Origin: the human T2T-CHM13v2.0 reference genome, Homo sapiens
Assembly: GCF_009914755.1 (NCBI RefSeq)
Contig: NC_060942.1
Length of the DNA stretch: 64,000 bases
Strand: one strand, 5' to 3'
How positions within the stretch are numbered: position 1 is the stretch's first letter; every line of letters starts with the position of its first letter. The translations under genes were made by a program, and so were the position numbers. The notes beneath the pieces are model-generated. The model was not told where the DNA came from, ran no database searches, and saw only the letters and a list, made by a program, of their open reading frames with translations. This document shows positions 1 to 13,800 of this stretch, piece by piece.

Positions 1-153
1 GGCTAATTGTTAGAATTTTAATTTTTATTTTTTTGTAGAGACAAGGTTTTACCATGTTGTCCAGGCTAGTCTTGAACTCATGGACTCAGGTTAACCACCT
101 GCCCCAGCCTCCCAGAGTGCTGGGATTACAGGCATGAGCCACCACGCCTGGCC
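1..153 (-). mobile_element. Alu SINE (AluJ-like), left arm, cut by window edge
   Basis: Antisense Alu ending gtgctgggattacaggcatgagccaccacgcctggcc. Confidence 0.95.
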
Positions 154-964
154 AAGACCATAAATCTTAATTAATCTAGTTCATAGTCTCAAATTCATTC
201 TACTCTCTGATTTTTATTTCTCCCAACTTACTGTGTGCACGCACCCCCCCTTTTTAATGACATTTCTCTGATTTGCACTGCCATCCTCTCTCCTACTTCA
301 GTGATCCAGCATCCACAATTCATTTTGTCATAGGTGAGGCTTACCTCTTTCCTGTCAGTTCTTCACCTGTACAGATTGCTTCCTTTTCTCTTTTTGCACT
401 TATTGTTTGCAACACCCAATGACTTCTTGTAGAGAGCCCAATTCTGTAGTTGATAAAACCCACACATGCACGTATGTTACATCTGGCTCGGAATTGGAAG
501 CTCCATGGAGAAAGGAAATGGCTTTTGTTTCTTCAGTATCTTCACACTCCCAAATGTGCTGATATCTTTAGTCGTTCTTAGCTAAATGAGTCAATTGAAA
601 TAATAATCTGGAGGGATTTTTTTAAATCTCAAAAATTTTCTAAGTCCCATGTCTCTTAAATGAAAAATTGTCAAATGAAGGAGCCATTTTCAGGATTTTA
701 ATTTATGTATTAATGGTACTCTACTTCCACCCCAAAAGGATTTAAGGTGAGCTTAAAATATTATGAAAATAAGATAAGATTATTAATTCCATCCATGCAA
801 GCTCTAAAATCTTCTATTTCTAGATACTAATCTAAACAATGAAGAGGTTATTTTTTAAAGACAAAAGGTGTGCTTTATAATATCTCTCATTATCATGTTA
901 AGAAAAAAAACCAAAAACACAGATAAAAAATTTCAGAAATATTTTTGCGTTTTCTTTGCATATC

Positions 965-1165
965 ATACACATACACACACACACATACATACATACACAG
1001 TCACACTAGAACTGTACTGGCAGTGAACATAGGTTGTTTAAAGTATAGCTATTCAACTGTCATATAAAGTGAAATCTATATTTTCTCTCTCCCTATATGA
1101 CTATATATTTAACATCTCTATGCATATGTGTGTGCATACATATGTATATGTTATATACACACACT
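965..1165. repeat. CA/TA-rich simple repeats
   Basis: (CA)n/(CATA)n at ~965-1000 and TA/TG mix at ~1120-1165. Confidence 0.6.
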
Positions 1166-2018
1166 CCACATTATTATTTCAAAGGGGATTTTGCTCCTTC
1201 TGGCTACCAGCAATAACTAGTCAATATTTACACTCTTGAATATCGATGACATCATGCATACACAGGAAAGCTGTGGAAAACATCTCCATTTTCAAACAGA
1301 GTTTTAATTATTTGTAAAGACTTCAATTGTTCACTAATGTCATGGATTGGTCCTCACAGTGTGAAGTGCAACTGCCCAGATCCCCCACAGTATTATAAAT
1401 AGTCTTCTAAAGCCGGGTTGATTGATGTTTGGCATAAAACTCTATTCCTCTGAGCACATATATTCCTTCTGTTCACTATTTTCATAGAAAAATACCAGGG
1501 CTGATTTTTTATTCAAATCTCCAATTTATGCAGGGTTTAAACTACTAAATACTTAAAGCCGTTTTCAGATCTTTCCCCCCTTTTCTGTTAGGTAGGTAAC
1601 TAAATCTTTGGCTTCAATGCAAATAAGAATTGGAGATTTAGCAGATTTCCTGTGGGGGAGAGGAAGAGTTTATTAATTATATTGAGAATCAAATAATATG
1701 CTTCTTTGACACTAATGTTCCATCTTTCTCCACCCCAAGTATCCTATGGGACAACTTTAAAGCCTTTATCAGGGTCTAAATTACTGCATTTATGGTTCCT
1801 TAGAAGTAGGAATTTAATGAATGGCATTCTGAGTTGAAGAGAGAATTTGAAGGTTTAAGCTGCAACGGTGAAGCAATTTTTTTCAAAGTATGTGGCAGGG
1901 ATTGTAATATAAAACATCAAAAAAAGCACAATAAAATACATTTTCATGAGTGTTAATAAATTTTTAATACTGATGAAATGTAAATTTTTCCTTCATGACC
2001 CTTATCTGCATTTGACAG

Positions 2019-2094
2019 AGTCCAACAGAAAACTTTAAGTACCTGTTTAAAGCAATTTACAAGATACTGTGGAGATTCCCAGCAATAAAGAATG
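2019..2094 (+). other. Candidate non-coding exon (76 nt)
   Basis: Acceptor cttatctgcatttgacag ends at 2018; consensus donor ATG|gtaagt at 2094/2095; unique sequence. Confidence 0.35.
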
Positions 2095-2284
2095 GTAAGT
2101 GATCTTCTTAAAAATTTTTATATTGACAATATTAAAACCAAGTACCTTATCCAGATTCAACTGGTTTTGGCCAGTGCCTGTATTGGTACCTTTATCAAGA
2201 GTGCATACTTACTTTATAGGCTCTATATTAGAAACAAATTCTGCTTGAATACAATTCTGAAAGTGCTGTTACCTGATGGATAGC

Positions 2285-2850
2285 AATAATTGTTAATTAT
2301 TATATGATACTTATTACATGCCAGACACTGTGCTAGGCACATTCCATGTATGATTGCATTAAGTTTTTGTAACTATAATCTTCTCTCAGTATCTGTAGGA
2401 GACTGGTTCCCGGACCCCCGCAAATACCAAAATCAGTGGATGCTCAAGTCCCTGATAGAAAATGGCATAGTATTTATATATAATCTATGCACATTTTCCT
2501 GTATACTTAAACTATCTCTAGATTATTTATAATACCAGATATAAGGTAAATGATATGTAAATACTTTCTATAATGTGTTATTTATGGAATAAAGAAAAGA
2601 AAAAAAGTCTGTACCTGTTAAGCACAGACAAAATATTTCCCCCATATATTTTCGATTCATGATTGGTTGAATCTACAGATGTAGAACCTGTAGATATGGA
2701 GGATTGATTACTCCACGAAGGAAATTATATTATTATCACAGTTTAAATGATGAGAATTCTGAGGCATAAAGAGTTAAAGTGGTTTGCCTAAACTTACCTG
2801 CTTAGTAAGGATAGGAACAGAGCTCTTAGGATAGTGGACAGTCTGACCCC
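2285..2850 (-). mobile_element. MIR SINE, split by MER2 insertion
   Basis: tacatgccagacactgtgctaggcac left of MER2; gatgagaattctgaggcataaagagttaaagtggtttgccta right of it; collinear with antisense MIR. Confidence 0.75.
2376..2710 (+). mobile_element. MER2 (Tigger-family non-autonomous DNA transposon)
   Basis: ggacccccgcaaataccaaaatcagtggatgctcaagtccctgat ... ttggttgaatctacagatgtagaacc matches MER2; TA flanks. Confidence 0.9.
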
Positions 2851-2864
2851 CCTATGCACTACCT

Positions 2865-3094
2865 TAGGAGTCAGTGAACTTTTTCCATAAAGGAACAGAG
2901 AGTAAATATTTTAGGGTTTGCAGGCCATGCAGTCTTTGTCACAACTATTTAGCTCTGCCACTGTAGTGTGAAAGCAGTTCTACATAATATGTAAATAAAT
3001 TATGGTGTTCTGTTCCAATAAATCTTTATTTAAAAAAACAAAAACCAAGTGGTGGGCCAGATTTGCCTTATGGGCCATAGTTTGCTGGCCCCTC
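2865..3094 (-). mobile_element. MER58A (hAT-Charlie MITE)
   Basis: agtaaatattttagggtttgcaggccat ... gttccaataaatctttattt ... gggccatagtttgctggcccct. Confidence 0.85.
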
Positions 3095-3309
3095 TGCTAT
3101 TCTATTCTGCCTGCATCCTTGGTGCAAAGAAAACCAACCAAATGGACATCACGTTGGAACAGGTAAATCTCTGTGCTGGTTCTGTCTTCTGAGTAGGCAA
3201 AAGCAGAAGATGTGAACTGAGGGCCTCAAAAACTGCCTCCCACCTTGGCATTTGACCCTAGGCATCATTGTTGGACACTTTGGAAGGCTCCAGTTAGAAC
3301 ATACTTATA

Positions 3310-3663
<354 letters not shown>

Positions 3664-5487
3664 TTAATGTATGTGTCCTAATTATTATTGCATTGTGGTT
3701 TACTAGTACTATAGTTAAGCTGGAATCCAACTCCTGAATTTCTGGAGCCCTGAAGACCACTTAGTCTTACTCACAAGGTGAGCTTTCTTCGTTCTCTAGG
3801 AATTATTGGAGCCCCAAGTTACACTTACTGCAGAGCCTATTTTGTTTAATTGAAGTTTTAATCTGTTTCCCTGGATCTGTGTGGCTGAGATGGTGACTCA
3901 CTGGTTTTCTAGTCCACTGGCTTGAAGATACGTCTTACATTTCCAAGTCTCTGAACCAGATAGGCCAAGGATTAAGTCTCATCCACCTATTGGCCAACTT
4001 TTCTGGTGCTGGCTGCCTCTGTGGAATTCTATTTCCACCTGCTCCTAGATCCTTCATTACCACAGTGCATCCATGGCCATGTGTTAGGAAGTAGATACTA
4101 TTTCCCCTGCCAGTGTCAACCCATTGTGCTCCCCATCAGATGCTGTATTCTTCAGGACAAATCAAACTTCTTAGCCACTGAAGCTTATCAGGAGCAGCCA
4201 GCCAGGCCCAGTGGACAGATGAAAGCCCAGTCTCCTGGGTCCTTTCAGCTGGCTCTGTCCAAGGTAGGCCATGGGGCACAGATAGCAAAATGGGGTGGGG
4301 TCAAGAAAGCAAGCTCCCTTACCCTACAGCTTTGCCTAAAGTGAAATATTTCCTTTCTCTCATACTCAAAAGCTAAATAAGATGACTATAAGAGTATTCT
4401 TATTATAAGAAAATTGCACAAGGATTTGGCCTGACATTTCTCTGAAATATCAGAATAATGGGAATACAGTTTTGGCCTGACTAGCAAAATTTCAGATGCA
4501 ATTTGGTGAAAGAAAAACCAAAATGATAGTTGATAATTAAAAAGAACCAAGGTGAAAACTTAGCTGTCATATGACCAACAATGCTTTCTCTCCTCTTTCC
4601 ATACAAACATCTTTTAAAATCAATTTTTATCAAAAATCTCAGTGATTATTTTGTATTAAAGAACTAAGTGGATTTTTTAACCAGGAGGAAAATTCTCTAG
4701 TGTTGGGTTTAATCCTTAAATACCAATCAACAATTCTTTTAAAGTTCTTTAAATCATCACAAGATGAAAGAATTCTTTGGATTCAAAGCCAAAGAAGTAA
4801 TCCCTTGTCTTGTGTATGACCAAAAAGAATGATTGTAAGCAATGAGCCCTGCTTTTAAGTAGATTATAGTGTCACTGGGAGATAAAATTGACATATGAGA
4901 GACAATTATAACAACTAAATGGTATGGCAGTCATAGTTTATGAGTTTAGAGTAGAGAAGGATGACTAAACACGGGAATAAGTGCTTTGCAGAGAAGGTTG
5001 GGTTCAAAGTGGTTGACAGGAAGCCACTGATGGTTTTGTATGAGGGAATGACCCAAATGTCAGTTCCTTGAGGTTAGAGGTGCCTGAATCTTTTTGATAA
5101 CTCAAATAGAAGGCACACGTTGTGGCATAGAATACGTGCTTAAGAAAAGTTCTTTTAGTATGAAAATGGAATTTTAAGGAGATTAGTATGTGGTGCAGAC
5201 CATATGTTACAGAGATTGGAATTAGAGAAAAAAAGATGGCAACCTTTTTGATGACCAGTAGTGTGTCTTGATTGTTTTTGCCAGTCAGATGTGTAACAGC
5301 TACCAGTACTAGGTAAGCTCTCGAGACATATTGAGTAAATTCAGCAAATTAGTCCTGGACATCAATTAGCAGGTTTAAAAAATTGTCTTAATATTCCAAA
5401 AAATGTGAACTCCAAATTTAATACAAGGAAGTTGATCTCCTTTCTTGAGTGAAATGAAGGAATGATTGTATGCTGTACTTTCAAGGA

Positions 5488-5710
5488 AAGTAGCATAGTA
5501 AAAAAAACTCACGGGCATGGGGGTCAGACAGATCTCAGCAAGGAACTTGGCCATATCAGTTGTTTGTTTGTTATTAGCTGGGTGAGCTTCAGTGAGGTCA
5601 GTGTTCTATGCTTCAGTTCTGTAACTTGAAAAATAGGGACAATGATGTATAAAATATCAGCACAGAATCCGGTACAAGGTAGATCATTCATAGATACTAG
5701 ATACTCATTT
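5488..5710 (+). mobile_element. MIR SINE, degenerate
   Basis: gtagcatagt ... gtcagacagatct ... tagctgggtgagcttc ... cttcagtt ... aaaatagggacaatgatg. Confidence 0.6.
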
Positions 5711-7084
5711 CATTTTTCTTTCTCCTCCTATAGAATTGAATGGAATGTGAATCTACACTCAGGTGAAGCCAGGGTATTTTGAACGTCCCTACAAGACTGA
5801 AGCACCACTGGGAAATAAGTAATAGAGATGCCATCATTGTGGAGGTCATAATGCTTGTCCTGAACACGAGGGGTCTCTAGTGGTGAGTACAAAGGGGAAA
5901 GCTCTGAGCACTGAGTAAGCCTGGTGGAATATTCACCATTAGTGCTCAAGAGGCAAAAGGAAAGAAGATAGTATTAAAAATAAATAATAAATAAAATTTA
6001 AATGCAATGGAAGGCAAACGAGCAAAAGAGACCATTCATTATTGTTGGTCAATAAAAATATACAAATTCTTTAGATTTTGCAAAGTCATTTCATTACACA
6101 TGGACGTATTTACTAGTGAAAATGGGTCTTAATGAAAGCTTAAAGTGAGCTAGCTCTGTTCAACTAAAAATGAGTTTCTTTTATTCCTCATGTGAACAAG
6201 AAAAAGGGTCTGTTTAGTTAAGCAGAAAAGTACTGGGAAACATTTGCACATGTTGTTTTTTCTGCAGTGGGGGAAACAAGCTTAACAGAGGATTGAAAGC
6301 TGATGCCTCCAAACTGTAAGGAGAAGTTTGTGAAGCCTAGAAATTTTCAAAGGAAATTGGCACACAGGCTGTTCTCATGGGCAACAGTAGGTGGAACAAT
6401 TGACTGAAGTCAAAGTAGAGTTTCTTGCTCCACAGAGACCACCTTTTTACTGCTGGCTTCTCCTTTTTATTCTCTTTCCCAGTCCTTGTCCTGGATGCAG
6501 GAGTTGCACTGAGAGAAAAGTTGCAGCATCTCCTAAGGCCCTGAGGTGCATTCTGTGATGGTTCATTCTTGGCTAGAGTGGCCTTGTCCTGGAAATGACT
6601 ATGTAGCCTCCTCCGAACCCAGATCAGTGCAGCGCACTGGAGTATCAGCTTTGTTTGTGATCTATCAGTTTTTTCTTTTTCTTGCCACTGCCCACATGTG
6701 ATCACCTCTGTCTTTAAAATGAAACTGCTGAGTGATTTGCCAAGGTTGCATGAAAAGGCAGATTGTAAAGCTAAGATTAGAATAGAGGTCTTCAGGCTCC
6801 AGGAGTTTGTTTCTGTAGACCAGTGATCATCAACAGATAGGAGACACAACTTCTCCACCTCTCTGCCCCAACTCGGATAGAATGTCATAATCTAGGGGAA
6901 GAGAGTGTAGTTTCGAAAAACACTTAAAGAAAAAATCCTTCTAAGTACCTACTGTTTTCACAACCAAGCCACCCAAAGTTTTCTGTTCAAAATCTTCTTG
7001 GTTAGGGGACAAGCAAATGTTGAACGTGGTACTAGTGACCATGTGGCTGCCACAGGGACCATGGCTTCAGAGACACAAAGGAAA

Positions 7085-7290
7085 GTGAAGACTGAGAAAT
7101 ATCCCCTGGATTTGCCAGATAGGAAGCATTTGGTAATCTTTAAGAGCCTAGTTTCAGTACTGCAGTGAAAATGGAAGCCAGGTTGCAGGAATTAAGAAAA
7201 GAATAGATGAGGAAAAGTGCAGGCTTGCATGAAACAGAGAAGTAAAAGTATGGAAAGAAATTGAATTAGAACGTTTGGCAGGATCAAGGC
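7085..7290 (-). mobile_element. L2 LINE fragment
   Basis: aagactgagaaatatcccctggatttg ... gtttcagtactgcagtg ... gaagccaggttgcagg, typical of antisense L2. Confidence 0.55.
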
Positions 7291-8119
7291 TTTGTCTCCT
7301 GGCCGACTGGGTGGGGAGTCCCCACCCCCAGTTCCTCCATCTCTCTCATTTTGTGCACTGTTACTTAGCAGTTTACATAAAAAGGCAGAGGCGTTATATC
7401 TCCATACATTGATATATTTAATATATTAATAGATTTTTTTTTCTATCCTTGAGGTAATTGCATTTCTTTACTTGTTTCCTGAGGACATCCTCCTGATCTC
7501 TGCAACCCTCCCTTTTCCCTATCCCAGGACTAGACAGCTAGACAGTGAGTCACCCAGAACAAAGGCTAAAAATATTTGAAAATCCTCTGGTCTTAGTGTA
7601 AATCAGAAAGATTTGAATGCATACTTGTTGAGTGAGTTTTGCTGCCTTTAGAGACTAATCTAGTTCAGAGTTTTAATTATATATCCCCAGGGGCAGGGTA
7701 AGAGGAGGGGGAGAATGCACTATAGAAATAGAGAGCAGGAGGTGAAGGAACTACAGATCTCTACCAGGGAAGGCACTCTCTGTCCCCAACCCTGGTGAAG
7801 TGCATGGAAGCCCACTTAGCACCCAGCTGCCCTTCTCACTGACCATGAGTAAGAGCCATCTTTGAGCAGCATTTAATATGGCACTCTAGAGCTAGGTTTG
7901 TGTATTCCCGAGACCCTGCCCAGGCCTCATCTATCTTACAACAACCCTAGGTGTGGGGCTTAAGGTGGTGATAACAAAAAAAAAAAAAAGAGGAAGCCCC
8001 TGCTTCTCTCCAAAGAGGCATTAGCTGGAGCTAGACTGAACTCTTCCACAGGACAAGGAAAGTGGTAGAAGACACTATCCTGTTATGTATGTCTTCATGA
8101 GTAGAAGTGGGTCTTTCTC

Positions 8120-8245
8120 ATTGTACTGGGCTATTCTTGAAGGCAAAAATAATATCTTTTTACCTTTGCATACTCAACAGCTGGATAGTACTTGGCATAG
8201 AGCTTAATTAATGTTTATTGGATGACTAAATGAGCAAATGGCTGA
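8120..8245 (+). mobile_element. L2 3' end fragment
   Basis: cttgaaggcaaaaat ... tagtacttggcatagagcttaattaatgtttattggatgactaaatga. Confidence 0.55.
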
Positions 8246-9641
8246 TTGACAAATACATGAAAGTGAAAATATTTAGAGGTAGGAGGAAGTAGCCAAAGAG
8301 AGAGACAGAGGAGAGGTAAAAGATGTTAGTAGAAGGAAGAATGATCGTTTAAACTGAGCCGAGCAATGATCGGGGCAGAAGAGGTTGAAGAATAGATCCA
8401 AGTTCGTTCAGAGCTTGGAAAAAGGGATGAAATGAAATAAGGTTAGTAGTCTCTGATATGTTGAAATGAAAAAAAAAAGCCATATTCTTAATTGCCTTAG
8501 TTAAATTTAGTTAACACTAAATTTATCTTCTTTATAGTTCTATTTCTGACCATAATACATGCCTTATACAGTTGACAGGTAAGAAATAGTCAAGATGGTC
8601 GTAGCCTCCATAAAAGATAAAGGCACAGGGCTATAATTTAAGTCTTTTGGTATTCATATATAGAGAAGCATGTCACCACCACCATTAGATAACTCTCTTT
8701 ATGATCTAAAGACAGAATTCTGCTGTAAGAGTATGTTCCAAGTGCCAGATAGAATGTGTGCTCTTCTACTTTTGAGAGTGGTTTCATGTTTACTCATTCA
8801 CTAATTTTTCACTCTGGGCCCTGTATTCACTCATTTAGAGGCACCAATTCAGCTCCTCTTCTGTGGAGAGACTACATGGGTGCTGAAGAAACAAAGACAC
8901 AACGCAGCTCCTCTCAAAGGAGTTCAGAGCTTAGCAGGGGAGACAGAACCATGAATGCATAGTTACGCATCAATGTGCTGCACGAGCACTGAAGCCCAAG
9001 CACAAGCGGCCTGAGTCCCAGTGAGTCTAACCCCTCCCCATCCTGCCCTCCCACACCACAACCCAATCCATCCTATTGACTGCCTGCTTTATCCCCCATG
9101 CTGCTCTCAGCCTGGACACTGTATCCAGAATCCTGGGCTCTAGCAAAGACTGGAGCTCTGAAGCTCTCCTTGGTTCTCCCAGTCTCTCTCCCAGGAGCTT
9201 AGATCTTGACTCCTCCCTGGTGAATACAGCTAGACCCTGTGCTCTGAATTTTGCTCTACTCCAATGCCACTTTGTTCCACTTGTTGTTCAATCCTAGTTT
9301 GATCTAGACAAGACCTTTGGACACTAGCTTTGGACTGCCTGACTACTCTTGCTGGAGGCTGTTCTTAGCATTTCTCTCAGATCTTGTCCTCTGTTCTCAT
9401 TGAAGCTCTCTGCTCCTTCATGCAATGTCTTGCTTTGAGGTCTCCCAGCTTGTCTCAGGTTAAAGTCTGTCCAATATAGCTTTGCCCCTTAGGCCTACAC
9501 TGTCATGATCCTTGCGGATACCTCTTTTGGCAGGGAAACTTCCTTAGATCTCTCCAGAAGGGAGGAGCAAGATTTTGCTTCTGTCAGGGATAGCCCATAT
9601 ACTGAGGCCTTGTGGGCCTACAAATGCAGTCATTAGCATAA

Positions 9642-9945
<304 letters not shown>

Positions 9946-10451
9946 CATTCACAGATTACATTATAAGAAGCAGAAGAAGACTAGTGAGATATGAAGTGAC
10001 GTGTAACTCACTCACTAACTCTACCATGTGGAAGTCAAATGCTTTGTGTTCACTTCAAGGGAAAGTATAAAATTGTGGATTAAATAACTTAATGAAATAT
10101 ATATGTATATGCCTGTGTGTGTGTGGGTTTGTGTGTATGCATATATTAGTGGGAAAGATGGAAATGAAAATCAGTATTTCTTAGTCTCTTACTTTAATTG
10201 TTAGGTCATGCCAATAAATTTCAACATATACTTTTTTGGTGTGATAGGGTTATTTAATTTAGAATATGACAACGTTTAAGAAAAAATGTTCTTTCTGTAA
10301 TATTACCCCTTGATTTACTGAAGCTTTAGGATTACTTTTGTTAAACTCATTTGCCAATATGCCTCTCAATGTTGTATTTCTCTGCAAGAATAACAGCTTA
10401 AAACATAAAAAGACACCACAAAAAAGAAGAAAGATGATCTTTCAAACCATT

Positions 10452-10789
<338 letters not shown>

Positions 10790-13462
10790 CCAAACCATTT
10801 ATTTTGGAGGCAAGTGTGCTATTTCAAAATCAGAGTACTTAGTTTCAAGCCTTCAATTCTGTTAAAAGATAAATAAATAAATATATATATTTTTAAAGTA
10901 AGCAAAAATAACTTCTTTATTGTAAACACAGTATTACTGAAAATTCAAATAATTTTTGAGCTGATGGAAAAATAATTGTGAATCATCAGTTTGTCAGATG
11001 TCAACATCAGCTCAAACAAATTTGGACTGACTTCTTAACAGGTTTCTGATAGCTGAAGTAGTGGAAGTCCAGAAGGCAGATAGGGAGGAACAAGTGTAGA
11101 TAGATGACCGGTTTGGAATAAATGGCATCTTGCTGCTGAAACAAGCTTCACACGTTAACCAGCAACCGTGAGGTTCCTGACTTTCCTGATCCCCAGGAGA
11201 TGCTTACGCTAGGGATAAATTTCTATGTTGAAGCATTTGACAAGCTTTAGTTCCTGATGTCTCACACTCAAGCCTTACTTTATAGTCACATCTGTTAGTT
11301 TAAAGCATTTTTAGTTTATTGAAGAAGGCTTCACAAAGAAAAAACAGATGATGAAAATCTCATCTGTCAAAACTGTTATTAAAACCAGTAACAGTGTGAA
11401 ATTTTGTTTAAATTGAAAGCATCATTTATTTTTATCAAACATTTTATAAACAATCACATTTGAGAAAGATTTGGGGGACCTGGAGAGCCCTCAACAAAAT
11501 GCAGCTCATTATGTTGCTTTGTTTAATGTGTAGCTTTGAGATGGCTGGGGCTGCCTCCCTTTATCTTAGTGTGAGCCCGGAAGGGTGAGGAAATTACCAA
11601 GGAGCAGGGGCTCGCCCACCTTGATGAGGGAGAGTGAGCAGGGAAGAGGAGTAGCCCTTAAATGGAGGCTGAAAAGCAATATTGTGTTGGCAGACAACAG
11701 GAACACCTGACTGGCCCTTTTCTGATGGATTAGGTAGAGTGACATGGCCTGAACCTTGAAGTCCCTGAAAGAGTTTAGGAAAAATAATGAAAAAGAAAAA
11801 AGAAGAAAATTCATGGAAAGATTGAGTAAGGCTTCGTTTCTTTTCCTCTCTGGGTAGACAGCTGACTTCGTGCTCAGATCTGCTACTGATATCAAAGGGT
11901 GTTTCACGGCCAGAAAGAGTAAATGACACCCTTAAAAAAGAAAACAAGATGAACATCAAATCCATTTAGTCGAATCTTCATTCAATCCAGATGTTTGGCA
12001 ATGTAGAGACAAAACATCCGCCACTTTGCTATTGTGTAGACTTGGCCTTAGAATATACAAAAGATCCAGTTTCACATTCTTAACTGGGCTCATAGTTCTT
12101 TGGCTGTTTGGTATTAGCAGCTTGGAAAGAGAAAACACGTCTAAGGAAAGTAGAACAGTGTAAATCTGAATGATTTGTCCAAGCAGTGACCTTTCCTTCC
12201 TTTTTCCAGGTGATGCTGTACTTAATTTTGTCACACTTGGAGATCATCCCCTGGGGGCCAGCAAAAGTTTCCCCATGGGGTATGGGGTACTGGAATGGGG
12301 GCACACAGGGTGTTAAAAGGCTTTCCAGATCCTCAAGTTCCCATTCACACTCTTTCCTAAGGCTGCCTGGTCTAAGAATGGGTCTAGTTCTTCCATATCT
12401 GCCCTTTCTCAAGCCCTCCTTCTTCCACCTCTAAAACAAAACCAAAACCAAAACCTTCTCTCTGGATCCCACTGGGAAGTGTTCCCCCAACGTATGCAGA
12501 ATCTTCAGCACAACCAAAAAAGGGACTTGAGAATCTTTGAAGCCTACTAAAATCAAGACCTCAGTCTGTGCCTTATCTGCCTGTATTGCACAATTTCAAA
12601 GAGAAGAAGGTGAAAATTATATATTTACTTCCCAAATACCAATATTGTGTTTTCTAGAAAAAGGATCACATATTAGTGTTAAGTTTGTATTTATATTTTG
12701 TGAACATTTATTCAGGGCCGCAGAAAAAACATTTTCATTAGCTTTTGCAAGATTATTGTGTACTTTAAGCCTCTATTTTATTTTTACTATAAGCACAAAT
12801 ATCCTGGTCTCTACTAGCCTCTTTTCTGCTCACTTATTTATTTAACTTTTGCCATATACTTATAACAGAAATGTCTTGTTGGTTCTACTCCTTAAAAATC
12901 CATTTAACAACACTAATTAATGTACTTTTTGTAAGTTCTGAACTTCCTGTGGCCCAACCCTTTTTCAGAATTGCTGTTGATTTACTCTGAACCCTGCATC
13001 GCTCTAGCTATAAGCTATATTTATCCATGGAAACAGAAACTAATTGGGAGAAAAATCATTATTTTTTTCATTAAAAGATGCATTTCCAATAAAAATTTAT
13101 TACATTCAATCATGTTTAAATCAAAAGTTACATTTATGTTTGATAAATTGTGGATTCACAGCCATAATAATTCAGAAAAAATTTTGATAGTATTCGGCAT
13201 ATCGTTCATTTTTATTTCAAGAAGTCACATGAAGTAAAAACAAGGTAAACTTTCCCATTTGTATACATATTTTTGTTGCATAGAAAATTGTTTACTGAAA
13301 AGTTGAGCAAAAGACTTTCAAGCATATATTTGTTAAGAAAAAAATTCATGAGAAAAATGGAATGGAAATATAAGATCAAGGGGAAAATGATACAAATTTT
13401 CCATTAAAGAAGTGTTTGTCCATGTATTTTATAAATGTATGATGATGGTTATGGAATTCTGC

Positions 13463-13800
13463 TGTGTATCAATTAGAGTCCTGGTGGAGATCAGGTGACA
13501 CATTTCAGTTAGAGAAACTGAACTGAGTTTACTAAAAGAAAACTTACAAAGTGAAATCTAATTGGGAGTGATGGGGGAGGGACAGCAAAGTCCTGAAGGT
13601 GTCACGGGAGGGAACTGCCTCCAGTTCCTGGAGAACATGGCTGTAGCTGAGGAGAGAGCTGCATTGTAGTAGCTGTGGCTTTTGGTAGACCAAGGGGGCA
13701 AATCTGTATTCTAGAAAGAAGGAAATCTGGGGTATCTGACCAAAGTTTCCACATATCCTCTCGTCTCCAGCTAGCGCCCCCCATTGGTGAAACCCAACCC
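13463..13800. mobile_element. Probable old ERVL/MaLR-type LTR fragment
   Basis: Starts tgtgtatcaattagagtcctgg ... gacacatttca, resembling ERVL-class LTR termini; family not resolved. Confidence 0.35.

Noticed and set aside
6337-6888. 183-aa minus-strand ORF
   Set aside because: No recognisable domain, promoter or splice context; compatible with a chance ORF in 64 kb
12540-13450. AT-rich segment resembling an old DNA transposon internal region
   Set aside because: Could not assign a family, TIRs or transposase motifs with confidence
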